Shown here in pieces: positions 28,061 to 40,494 of a stretch of DNA of 64,000 nt. Below the pieces are notes generated by a model that was not told where the DNA came from, did not search any database, and saw only the letters and a list, made by a program, of their open reading frames with translations. A program made the translations under genes and the position numbers. Each line of letters begins with the position of its first letter. Position 1 is the stretch's first letter. Source of the DNA: Klebsormidium nitens (lineage: Eukaryota; Plantae; Klebsormidiophyceae); contig DF236980.1 in the NCBI GenBank assembly GCA_000708835.1, forward strand, positions 62,001-126,000. The letters are read 5' to 3'.

Positions 28061-31000
28061 ATGGCGTCTGCGTCGAGTGTGCTCGCAATCATCCGGGCGG
28101 CCCATCCCGAGCTGAAGAACAAGCATGACAAGCTAGCATTCTCCATCTATGCCATCTTTTTGGCAAACGGTTACAGGTTGGTGGGCACCGGGGCAGCGGA
28201 AGCAGATCCCGAGGAAGGACGTGAGCTTTATCCAACTCTCACATCTTCATTTAAACTTGCTCAATTGCGAAGGGCGAGTCTTAGCTAACCAGCGTCCAGC
28301 ATTACTCTAATCGGACTCTGCCATCAGACCAGAGGAAAGTTGCAAAGGGCTTTGAATTTTGCTGCCTCAAAATGCTCTTGAAAATTTGCGCCCAGGACCC
28401 TCATTTGTGTCTTAGAGATGGCATTGCGTAGCAAGTATTTCCTGCGCATGCTTGCTTCCAAGGCATGCGTGTGAGCTGAGTACCCCAGCAGGGCGTTCTG
28501 CTTTGCCAGAGGTTCCGAGGGTATGTATGCATCAATTTAAAGTCACCTTGTGCAAACCTTCCCACAATCGCTGTACCACCTGCAATCATGAAACGCGAGA
28601 AATGCAACTGATATTGAATTCAGAATGTCTGGCTGCCTTTCAATCAAAAAGGCCCAGGAGAGTCGAAGTGGCACATATCCGTTTCTTCATTTCCAACCGT
28701 CCGTATCAACCGTAGAATATCATAAGCTTGATTGTATGACCACTAATCCCAATGCTGCCAGCAACAAAGCCCCAAGCCATCAGAACCGGGAGAGCAGGGA
28801 GTTCCGTAACCCCACTGTGTGTAGAAAACCACCAGGCTTGATAACCAACCGTGCTTCACCGCATCTTTCCAGCCCAGTTGACAGACGACTTTGAGAGTAG
28901 AAACTCTTGTCTCCACAATTGCGCAGTACCTCATCTCAATATAAGTTGATTATGGTGCAGGGACTCCTTCCCGTGCTGGCAGTTCCAGGCCAGGGCACCA
29001 CAATAGCATCGAGGAGTGGCATTCAGAATCCTCTGAATGCCAGCACTAAGTCGTACCAACCTTTCCATCAATCCATCTTCTGCCTGACTTGCAGCGCCCA
29101 AGACCCCAAAGCCCGAGGATGACGTCAGCCTTGAGGGGTGGGACTCCCTGGGGGACTCGTACATGCTGCGCTACGTGAAGGACGGGGACGAGCAGGCGTA
29201 TCCGGTCGTGCTCTCGATGATGACGGTCGGGGACAAACTCCTGGTAGACGCGACACGGGTGGGAAGCCAGGGGGAGGCCGTTCACACGCTTGAGCTCAAG
29301 TGAGTTCCGCGTGTTTTCCCTCTCTTTTTCCTACTAGTTCGCCTTCTTCTTTTCCTGCCCCCGATTGTCTGATTTTGTGATGGCGTGAAAAAGGAAGCGC
29401 ATGTTGAGAGTCTGTGCAAACACAGGGATTAGCTTGTTCAGCTTGGAGAGGTGTTGTGTGGGACGTCAGGGGCTCTTGTGGAAGCTAGCACGGGGATCCA
29501 GAAAATGTGCCGCTTTATGAAACGCCACTTTTGACGGGTGACGGGTGACAGGTGGCAAAGATGGGCGTAACTTTTTTGGCGCCTCAATCAGAACGGGATG
29601 TGCCAGAATCCATGTTAGATGAGCAGCAAGGACAAAGCTCAGCTGGTGGCGAACATGTACATGAGCGATGGTTTCAGTTTGCAGTTTGCGCGGGCACATT
29701 GGTTTGTAGCCTTGCTTCGCCTGTGGACCACGAGACTGAGAAGTTCTGCCAAATGGTGATTGAGCATTCACTCGACATTCTGGAACCACTTGTCTGATTC
29801 AGACTATTCTTGGCATGTGGAAGTGTAGAAGCAGAACTGTGTACGCCCCCTTTTTGGTGCTGACCTTGCCCCTGGGCCGCTTTTCCAATCAACTATTTGT
29901 CACTGCGATTGATGACATTCTGCACCAAATGCCTGGGGCCGCATGCTGTTTCGTGATTGGATCTTTGAGCGGCAGATTGAAACCTGGCAAGTCCAAGGGC
30001 TTGCAAGTCCTAAATCTGAACCGAGTTTCTCAGGATTTCTAGATACTGAAATAGCCCTCTCTTCCCTTACTAATCCGTCCGAACTAGAAATTGACAAGGG
30101 GGATCCCCCTGACTCCGACCACAAACTTTCCAAGCTTCCATCATAGCTTCAGTAGCGGAAATTACTGCACCTTGTAGAAAAGCGATATCGAAATCGCCTG
30201 ACCCAAACAGAAGGTCAGCACCTAAACCGGACCAGTCATAAGTCAGGCAAGACAGCATTCGACAAGGATCTCAAAGCATGCAAAACCTGCCAGTACGTAT
30301 CTGGGTCTTGTAAACATAAACTACACAACATTCTGGGCGTCACAATCTTGGGTTCATGATTTGAGGCTCACAAGCGCTCGCGCTTTTGCAGGGTGGATGA
30401 TTATGTAACCGATGAGGAGGGCCACAATTACGCGGCGCTGTACAAGGACCTCGACAGGCTCGTGGGGCGGGTGCAAGGTTCCATCATCTCAAAGCTGAGC
30501 TCGGAAGAGGCGAAAGACAAGGGCACGGCGGGCATCCGTCCATCCGGGTGAGAAAGGATTTGCGGAAGAATACTAGGACTGATCGGAAGCTCGGAGTATG
30601 CTGCACCCGACGTGCTGTTGTCAGTCTGTGCGTGCGGTTGACAAGCCTGAGTCCGTGCAGAAACTGCAGAATGATGGAGTGATTACTTGTGGTTTCATGT
30701 GTTTAATTATCTTATGTGATTAGGTTGTTGAGAATCTCTTGAGAAACAACTTTCTGAGGAGCACACATGGATGCTTTTCTGAGGCGCTGACCACTCTGGC
30801 TACAAGAGAGTGCACTGAGCTCTTCTCTGTTCCTCCACATACGAATACACAATCCCGCTCGACGTCCCCAGATGTGACTTGAGCAACAGGAGCGGCCGTG
30901 CCTTGCTGACGTCACGTCAAACCACCCGCTGAGTCACCATGCTCCTTCATTCCCTGCGCAACGAGATTGGCGGCGGGGCACGTAGCGTTCATGCTCTGCC

Positions 31001-33597
31001 CCCAACCCCGATCCCTTGCTGACATCATCTCAAGGCACCTGCTGACGTCACCCTACTCACTCTCTCCTTCCCCCCCTGCAGCGAAATGGCGGAGGGCCCC
31101 GAAGCGTTCATGCCCCGTCCCGGCCCCACCCCGCTGGCGGAAGGTCCCCGAGGGAGCGGCCAGGGGGGCAGCGTTCCAGGCATTCCCGTGGGGGGGGCGT
31201 ATACCGACCCGGACCTGATGCCAATGGGGGGTGCGGGGATCCCCCCACAGTAAGCGTCTTGGCAATCNNNNNNNNNNNNNNNNNNNNNNNNNNNNNNNNN
31301 NNNNNNNNNNNNNNNNNNNNNNNNNNNNNNNNNNNNNNNNNNNNNNNNNNNNNNNNNNNNNNNNNNNNNNNNNNNNNNNNNNNNNNNNNNNNNNNNNNNN
31401 NNNNNNNNNNNNNNNNNNNNNNNNNNNNNNNNNNNNNNNNNNNNNNNNNNNNNNNNNNNNNNNNNNNNNNNNNNNNNNNNNNNNNNNNNNNNNNNNNNNN
31501 NNNNNNNNNNNNNNNNNNNNNNNNNNNNNNNNNNNNNNNNNNNNNNNNNNNNNNNNNNNNNNNNNNNNNNNNNNNNNNNNNNNNNNNNNNNNNNNNNNNN
31601 NNNNNNNNNNNNNNNNNNNNNNNNNNNNNNNNNNNNNNNNNNNNNNNNNNNNNNNNNNNNNNNNNNNNNNNNNNNNNNNNNNNNNNNNNNNNNNNNNCAA
31701 TTGAATGCTGTTGGGGAATACACAAAACATACGGGTCAAAAACTCAATGAAAAGCAAAGTACTGATGAAGTTTGGACACTCTTGTGGTGGGGCGTATGCC
31801 GACCCGGACCTGATGCCGATGGGGGGTGTGGGGATCCCCCACGTTTTGGTTTACCTTCTAAAATCAACTACAGCCAAGGAAAGCGAAAAGACAAGGGAGT
31901 CAGAAAGAGAGCACTGACTCGGAGTTTCGCTAAACCTTGATGGAAGCTTTTTGGTCGGAGCGTGTCTGCCGAGGTGGACATCCGTGCAGCGATTGGAGAC
32001 CTTGTGGAAGGAAAGCTCCGTGTCCCTTCTTGGCTGACGTCGATTGAGCCCATCCGCTGATGTCACCTGTTGCTTCTTTTGCAGGTATGGCTTCCCAGCT
32101 GCGGGACGAGGCGGCATGTTTGTAGGTAGGGCTTCCAAGCTCCATTGTATCATCGCTGCAAACATCTTTCCACCTTCTTCGCTTGGGTCATTGCACCACA
32201 ATCTCGCTGACGTCACTATTTGTCCAACACCGAAAACCACAGTCATATCACCTCGGCACTGTGCTTTGGATTGTTGCCCGTGCAAAAGTGCAGAAAAGTT
32301 TCTAGACTTCTCTTTTGAGGGTTGGTTTATCATATATTTTTGCCGTCACGAGCTTAGTTGACTCGACATGTTAAAGGGTTCCCTTTTCGGGTTTGACACC
32401 ACCATTGAGGATGTCAAAATTCCGGAAGAGCAGGCAGAGTCAAACGACAATTCCTCCTACACAGGTCCCGACGATCCGTTCTTCATCGGCGCCGGCGTTC
32501 GCGGCCCCCGCGCGCCACCTGGAGGCCTGCCTCAGTAAGTCGCGGCTCTTCCTCTCGCATCTCTAGTTCTCTGCCGACGGCCCGTTGGTTTTACGCCAGT
32601 CTAGTTTTCTGTCACCGGAAAGCTCTCGGAGGAGAAGGTCTGGCCGGTTCCGAGCGCGCTTTTGGAGACGGTATGAAAAAGCTGAGTTAACACGAGGAAT
32701 CTTTACAGAGGATAGCGTATTGGCGGTTTTATCTTCTCATGCGCCGGCCAAGAAAAATCCAACGTTGGTTGCTCATCTCGCTGGAGCAACATGTCTTCCC
32801 ACCGATAGCATTCCTCTTCGGCAGACCGAGTCATCCCGCGAACGCTTCTTATCTGCTGCAATCTCCATTTCCCAGTAACTGCTTTGGGACAATGTTGTGA
32901 CTGCGCGTCTCTCGTCTTTCCAGGGGAGTCCCTCCGGGGGCTCGCTTCGACCCGTACGGCCCCCCTGTACCGGGCTTCGAACCGGGGCGCTTCGGGTAAG
33001 CTTTTCTTCCTTCCCTTTACAGCTTCTCCCGAGCAATTTGCCAGTTTTAGGGCAAACCAATCTAGACAAAGATCACTCAGCAGCAGATTCACTAAGTTCA
33101 ACTAATTTTCTCACACTAGATGTGGAAGGCTGCTCGGGAGAAGATGTAGCAGGGGTCTATACTGTGCATCAACGAAACGTGCGCCGATTTACTGCCACTT
33201 TGGAAACCTGAAGACAGCTTAGCTATGCTGCTTCGCTTATCTTGAAAAGGAGAGTTTTACCTTAGAAGCCCTCGACGTCTGAAGGCAGCTCATGGTGTTT
33301 CAAAATGCAGCACATCTGCATGCATGGGCTTTATCTGCTTTGCATCCAGCCGTCTTATGGCGCTGATCCGTGATTCTACTGCGCTCTGGCCCTGATTTAG
33401 TGTGCTTGAGCGCAGAGAAGGACTGATTATCTCATTGGTTACTTCCTTTATGCTAGAATACAATCGTAACAAAGCGGGGGCTTGTGAGCTTGTTCGCGTG
33501 CTGAAGCGGAGATAGAGTACTGACTATCTGCTCGTTTGTTCGCAGGCAAGGATCTGGAGGCAGATTACACCCCGACCTTGAACAACCACCTCCATAG
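28061..33597 (+). CDS. PSMF1: Proteasome inhibitor PI31; exons 28061-28220, 29095-~29300, ~30392-30548, 31082-31249, 32085-~32126, ~32465-32534, ~32923-32994, ~33546-33597
   Basis: FP domain (KNKHDKLAFSIYAIFLANGYRLVGTG, GWDSLGDSYMLRY, LVDA) is followed by a Pro/Gly-rich tail with GGMFVGPDDPFF, VPPGARFDPYGPP and HPDLE. Phases are consistent. Confidence 0.9.
31268..31697. other. Assembly gap (N run) inside PI31 intron 4
   Basis: Run of N lying between two copies of the exon-4 3' end. Confidence 1.
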
Positions 33598-34943
33598 GAT
33601 CCTCTACCCCGAGAGGATCGTCGAGGCACGCTTGAGAAATAGTAGCTAAAACAGTTGTGAATATGCTCTGAAAAAGCAGTGCAGTGTTATCATAGATTGT
33701 AAAGTAGCTCCTTGCTTTGCGAGTGTACAGGAAGTTTGAGAATCGTGATACGAGATGATTTGAGGAGAGTCAGGCTATAGCTAATGGTTGGTCCACAGGT
33801 GCAACTAGGTTTCTTTGGGAAGTGACATTCAATGGCTAGAGATCAGATCGGTTGCAGAAAGCGACTTTGCCTTCAGGCGCTCGCTTTCAACGGCGACTGT
33901 GCATGTATACTCGCTTTCATATTGGTCATGCGCATGCTGAAGCACGTTGGGTCATAGCGTATCATGCTTGAGGTCTATACTTCAATTTGAAAGTTGGCCA
34001 ACCTTCGGTACTAATGGACGTAGCGGGCGGCGGCGGCGGCGGGGGCGGCGGATGCAGCTGCATAAGTTACCTCAGCGCGAGCCAAGTCGGAATTGCTGGC
34101 ACTTGCGCAACTTCAACATATAGAACACACGGGCAGCCATTGCGCATAAACGTAGAAAGACTTGCGCAGAAATTCCGTTTTGTACAGGTACTAGTAAGGT
34201 CCGTGCATCATAAAATACCATGCATGCATATGAGCATGCAAAAATTTCGAAGTATACGTAGGCGCGTTAGTTTCTGCTTAATTGAATGTGAAAGCTAGAT
34301 CTAGTCGGCCTTAACCTTATGGCCCCGGTCCGATGTGCATCAGTGCACCGTGCGACGACGTCGGCTTATGCATCAAGGATCGGAACGCGGCAGACTTGCT
34401 GCACAATCATGCCGCGGTGTATACAACGTACCATGCAGTGAGTTCAATGTTTTCTATTTATGCATAGAAGCTCTCAGTTGCAATTTTATCTCGCTCTACT
34501 ATATTCATCGACAGCTCCATGAAATCAAATCTGCAGTGCAATAATTTAGCTCCAGCCATGATGTCATGCGTTGCGGCTGATGATGAGTATGTGTACAATC
34601 ACCTTTCACAATCATGGTATACATTATTGAATGTGGATGTACCGCTGGTGCAGATCTTGAATATCAAGCTGCAAACAATTCGATCATGTGCAGAGCGTTG
34701 AGACCCCACTTGTTGCCCCAGACCGAGACCGTTTGACTTCGCCCAAGCAGAACTGTAGAAAGGTGACCTCAATTCTGCATACCTAAGTGCCTGCGAAAAC
34801 CAAGTCAACTTATTTTGCCGTCAGTCTGGCCATGTGGCCTCATCTCCGTTCACCAAATGCGGAGGAAATCAATGCAAATGCAATGCCCCTGAACAACCCA
34901 ACAATGGACGATGCGTCGATGATTATACACAAGCACATGCGGG

Positions 34944-37900
34944 CTACCTTACACCTTGCACTTTAGGTCCCCTGTACAATCCCCTTTCGATGACGAAGTC
35001 GTCCGGTGGAGAGAACTCTTCTAGCCAGATGGATTCGTCCGTAACGGCCGATGATTTGTGGTCTCGCTTGCCCACCATCGCTGCAGGAAAAGGAACGACG
35101 TGATTTCCGTTGCTTTACTTGCCAACGCCGATTGCGAAGCACAGAGTTGACAACATGACGAGGTTGCGAGTCAATACGTCTGGACGAGTTTCTCCTTGTG
35201 CCGAGCCCCAGCAGCATCTCGCAGCTCCAAGAAAAAGCGAGCAACCTGACCAGCAAAGCCGCCTTCGAAACTCAGCCGTAACGATCGTTAAAGCAAACCT
35301 ACAACGTTTCTTCACCAGATCTCGACTTCGTCGGCAATCCTGACACTCGGATTTTTCCTTTGCCCTCATCAAAAAGACGATTATATGCGGAAGGGCGCCG
35401 AGATTGACTGTTTCAACCATCCTGACTTGGCCGTGAAGCGGGAAGCCTAAAACCGTAAGTCTCTTGAAAGAGCCGCCGCTGACCAAATCAAATGCTGACC
35501 AGTACATACGAGGCACGACACCCCTCTCCTCCCCCGCTCCGGAAGAGAATGGCCACCTTACTCGGGTTCTATGCCAAGTTCAGGTGCCGGGTCATCTGGT
35601 TAACCAGCTCCGACTTTTGCCCTCGTGTCAGACACAAGTGGGGTCAAATGTTGTGCTCAAATTGACACTCTTTCTGGGGTTCTAGTTGAACCCAAGTTTG
35701 TGGTTTAGGGGAGACCGGCCGACAAGAGTTGGGTAATGATTAGCATAGCCTAGTGCGACGGACCGTCCGTACCGTCTGAGTCCCCTGACGTAGGTTAAAC
35801 TGGCGTACTTCTCTGCCGTTGGTTTGGAAGCTGGACGGTGTCAATGTTCTGAGGTTTTGATCTAGGGTGGGGTGCGCTTTGAATCATTTAACTTTGCGGT
35901 CAAGGAAGTCAATGGTAAAGGGTTTCGACCAGTCAGAGAACGAATAAAATGTGTCATTACCGGGCGTACTCGAGATGATAATAAGGTGTCAAAAGAGGAC
36001 CCTCCCCCCCCCAAAAAGAGACGCGCCCACTCACCAGGCACTGGCGTTTCTCTGTAGTAGGTACAGTGCCGGCCCGATTCCGGGTCGTAAGGGGGGGCCA
36101 CCACGTCGAGGACGGCGCAGGGGGTGACGCCGGTGAACGCGTGGATGTTCCCCCCCGAAGTGGGGTACAAAACCAGGGCGTCGCAGGGGGCTGAGAGGAC
36201 TTCGTCGCAAACTAACACGGCGTTTCGTCCTGGGGGGGAAAGGAAAATGAATTTGGTCCTCCACAGAAGCGGTCAGAGAGTGTGCCTTGTGCGCCTTAAT
36301 GCGAGTTGCTTCTGCGTTCGTCGTTGATAAAGACGGCTTTCGTCCTGGGGGCGAAGGGAATCGCAACGCAATCTCCAAAGAAGCGGTCAGGAAGTGTGCC
36401 TTGTGCGCTTCACACCTTGTTGCTTCTGCACTCGTCGTTGATAAAGACGGCGTTTCGTCCTGGGGCGGAAGGGAAACGCAATGCAATCTCCGAAGAAGCG
36501 GTCAGGAAGTATGCCTTCTGCGCTTTTCAGCTTGTTGCTTCCGCATTTGTCGTTTGACTAACACGGCGTTTCGTCCCGGTGGGGAAGGGAGTAAGATGTG
36601 GGCTTCCGGGCTTCCAAACGAGTGGTCGAGAATTGATCCTCATGCGCTGCAACACTAGCTTATTTCTACGTTTGCGACGGCATAAACACGGCGTTTCGTC
36701 CTTTGGGGGGGGGGGAAAGAGAAGGATGTCGGCGGGTGTGGTGTCATGCAGAGAGGTGGCGAGAGTGGTGAGGTTGTTGGATGGAGCGCTTACACGTTGC
36801 TACAGAACATTGAACGTAAAGAGTCGCTAAATCGGTTTAAGGGGCCAATCCTTCGCAAAACGGCGGCACGCGGCACTCTCATGCAAGTCGCTGCGGCGTG
36901 CTTGGCAGATGCAATGTTAAAGAGATTGTCTGTAGGAGCACCCTCCATCAAATGACCCACCATTTGGGGGGCCGAGGGTGCAGCCTCCTCATCCGGCTGC
37001 TCAGTGACAAACAATCTCAGGGAATCAAGACTCTCTAAAAGGTCTGTTGCAATACCCTTTTACAAACCGCGCTAACAGATTGCGAGACGACGAAACCATC
37101 CACTCAAACCTCGATCACGAGATTTATGACAACGTCGTCAATCCACGCGACAGATACACGAAAAATACCGTCCACCGATAACCAAAGCGGATGAGAAGCT
37201 CACGGGGTGGGTGTTGGGGGCCGACCGGAGGCGCCTCCTGGTTGGCCCAGTCATAGGACCGCACGTGCATGTCGCCATATAGCAGCTTGCTCATAACCAC
37301 CATTCCTGGGTGGTTATGGAGGGGGATGGAGGCGCACGTGGGGAGGCAGAAGATGCCAATCTGGGCAGCAAAAAGAAAGGTTTTTTGAAGACTCGAATTG
37401 TCAAGTACCAGGATTGTGGTTTGAAAAAAGTTTCAGGGGTGCTGTAAGATCTGTGCAGTGATTGGGAGCCTGTGTATGCACGACTGCAGGACGCACACAT
37501 GGGGGCTTCAGAGCTTTCAACGTTGGAAGTGACGAGAGACTGGTACAGGTTCAGTCGCAGAATCGCAGAAAAAGCCCGTGTTTGGTTTGCCTATTCAACA
37601 GACGGTTTCTAAAGCAGTATACTTTTCCTTGTCCGCGTCACAGCCTTGGTGTTCGGAACCTCAACCAGCCTCCTATCTCCACGCGCAACCCTCCACCTCT
37701 ACAGAGAAGTCCAGCCACTCAACAAAGAACTAGACGCGGGACGCCTCCACTCCGGCCAGGCGCCGCAGCAGTCCAGATGACATCGGTTTGGAATGTTCAC
37801 AATTGTGAAAGGCACCCAGTCGAGCCTTGGAACCACTGGTAAACTCTTCACACCGATCACAAGCGCCAACGAAGCGTGGACGCAGGGCCGTCACTCAAGG

Positions 37901-39308
37901 TGGCCACGTGAGATGATCACAGAATTGCATCTTCCATACCCAATTCCGAACATGAGTACACCAAGCGGATAACAAGAGCAACGAGAGCGGCCGCACGCTC
38001 GCCGAAATGTTTTGATGCTTGTAGATGTGTTGACAGGAGATGGGCACAACATACAGATGACATGGGCAAATACAGATAGCAACAGCAACTAGAGCGGCCG
38101 CACTCTCACCGAAATGTGTTGATCTTCGTAGATGTGTTGATAGGAGATGGGCGGGGCCCATCGGGGGGGCGCCGCACTGTGGCGGCCCCAGGGCCCCTGC
38201 CGACCAAAAAACCCAAACCCGCGCGTCTCCCCATCAGTTACTGGATCTAGACCTACGTCAGCGCACGTCACTGAGTCTGCAGGAAGAGGACGTGGGCTGA
38301 TGTCAGCGAAACTGGTTTTGGGTGAGAAAACATGTTGGTGGGTAGACGAGGCGATGTCAGCACGAAGCGGGTCGATGACGCAGAACGAGGTCAGCGGGCT
38401 GTGAATTGTGGGCGGAATTATGCCCGTGTGAGTTGCATTGGTGAGAAGAAGGCTCCGGAAGCGAAGAGTAGTGCACGTTAGCACGGGGGTGGCACTCCAA
38501 GGTTTGCCTGCTTGCGGCCACAATATGGCGGCGTCGTTTGCGAGAAGAGTCAGATGTCGCAGTGGCACAAAATACAATCCCCTTCTCTCCTTTGAGCGGC
38601 ATCAGTTGAGTTTCATGGTTTCCATATCTCATCGCCCAATTGACCATCAAGCGCTCTCAGACGCAGACGCCTGCTAACACTGCCAAAGTCTCCAACCTCT
38701 CTGCCAATCTCAGAAGCTTCATGATTTCAAAGTGGACACCTCAAAAAGAAGTACCTACCACTCTTCAACACTGATAGGATTGGCCCCCTATATGTAGTTT
38801 CTCACAAAACGTGCTCTCTTAAAAGAATTTGGGACGACGCGGAAAGCTGCTCTAGGCTGCTTCTGAGGACCTCACAAAATGCGGAGGACAGGAGTAAGAA
38901 ATATGAGATGCATGCACACTTACAAAGCAGGAGGTGGCAGTAACGCGTCTGCAAACCAGCACATAGGCCAGGACTTGAAATGCCAACGCACCCACGTAAA
39001 CTAAGAAAGCTCACAACTCTGACCGTGCAAACCAGCTCCGACTGCTAGTTGCACTAGGAGACCAAACCAGTAAGTAAGCAGACAAGCTGGCACGGTCCCA
39101 CTGTAAACCAGTTAAAGCTTCAATCCAGGTTTGAAATGGCCTGGCCAGACTTTGCGCACTGTGCAAGCGTTTCTCTGGTTTCAACGATGTCCAAAGGGAT
39201 CTTACCAAGAGCTTCCTGTAACAACTGCAGATTCTCCTTTGAGGCGGGACCCTTGGCGCCAAAGGCTGCCCGGCAAGCGTCATACAGCTTTTGGACTTTG
39301 CTCGCCAT
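34944..39308 (-). CDS. PCO: Plant cysteine oxidase / cysteamine dioxygenase; exons 39308-39206, 38276-38110, 37360-37204, 36229-36035, 35080-34944
   Basis: [26 protein letters not shown]...[59 protein letters not shown]...YRGP. Exon lengths sum in frame. Confidence 0.93.
36215..36720 (-). repeat. Five ~115-125 bp tandem units, each intron 3' end plus acceptor plus first ~14 nt of PCO exon 4
   Basis: Minus-strand |GACGAAA(C)GCCGT at 36229 (real, CAG), 36344 (CAG), 36459 (CAG), 36575 (CGG, AG lost) and 36700 (AAG). Confidence 0.9.
37978..38152 (-). repeat. 107-bp-period duplication of the PCO exon-2 3' end plus donor
   Basis: 38085-38152 aligns with 37978-38045. The real donor is TTCG|GTGAGA and the copy is TTCG|GCGAGC. 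Confidence 0.9.
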
Positions 39309-40494
39309 ACTTCCCGCCACCGCGGGGTGCTCAATGCCCTGTGAGCATGCAACGGCGCCCTCGTTTCAAAAGGGCGCTGTCACAGAAAGAAGACCAGAGC
39401 ACACAGGTATGACTCTGCCAGCTCACAAACAATTGGTCGCCAGTGAAAATATCTGATAACAAATGAGTGCGCCTGATTGTATCTCTGCTGACGCCCTGCT
39501 CAGGGGGTCTAGCAACTTGCAAGTTGCACGCTGCAAAAACCAAGCTTTTCTGAGGCAAGTTGCAACTCTGATATCCTGCATCGTCCAGGTACACCGGCCG
39601 TACAGGTCCGGACTCTGGCTGGTTCTCCGGAGCTAAAATTCATGCGGCTGTACTTCCGGAGTTGCTCCGGATTGGTCAAGCGAGATCTACTGATTGTATG
39701 AAGATTAGGGGTTGATCCATTTCATGTGTGATATTTTATTAGCTGTACCCATACCTAGTTGAGAGCACGCGTTGAATCGGGCCGCGCTTGAATGTGGTTG
39801 GCAGTACCAACAAACCTAGGGCACGCCGTGATTATATGCACTTAGGTAGGTGCTTGTGGCCTATAGTAGCCCATCAAGTTAAATGATTCTACGGCAAATC
39901 AGAGGGGGCCTGGAAGCGCTCGACAAATTCCTCGGATTTTCTTGAGAATTGCACATGTGTGGCAATGCATTCTACTTTGCATGAAGCGAGGCGTAATAGT
40001 TAAATCTTCGAGCAATATGCTATAGGACTGTTAATTGTTGTAAGGTGCTTGGAGGTGCTCGGCTAGCCATGCATTGATATGTGCTTGCAGATATTAGCAA
40101 ATCCTCGTCAACTTTGGCTTTGCTCAAGGAATAACATCCTTAGTCATAGACAGTGAACAGTGCAATTCGGTTCCAAGTTTTGCAGCTGCTAATGTTGCTT
40201 TCTTGCCATCGAGGTATGAAGGAGATGCTCTGCTCAAAAGAGCGTGCATACAGATTTGAGGGCTCAAATTACTCGCCCACATTATTACATCGAGCGGTTA
40301 TCTCGAGTGGCCATCCACCCTCACTACCTGGTCCAGTATCATCCGCCCGTCTATCTTTGTCGAAATAGCAGCTGCCACCCCTCTATTGTATCCCAGATAT
40401 TAGCATATGCAGCTTGCGTTTGCAATTAACATGTCAATCACGAGACAGCCAAGTCAACCCCAGCTAGAAGTAGCAAGCCCAACCAGACACTTGA

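Noticed and set aside
33960-34700. Intergenic blocks rich in CATG/TGCA/ATGCAT (also ~13.1-14.1, 20.9-21.3, 39.6-40.4, 50.9-51.6, 58.7-59.3 kb), possibly decayed methylated repeats
   Set aside because: No boundaries, internal repeats or coding remnants could be established by eye; needs a repeat-library search.
36031-36830. Several repeat-containing ORFs in the PCO intron
   Set aside because: By-products of the 115-bp acceptor array; no independent start context or domain.
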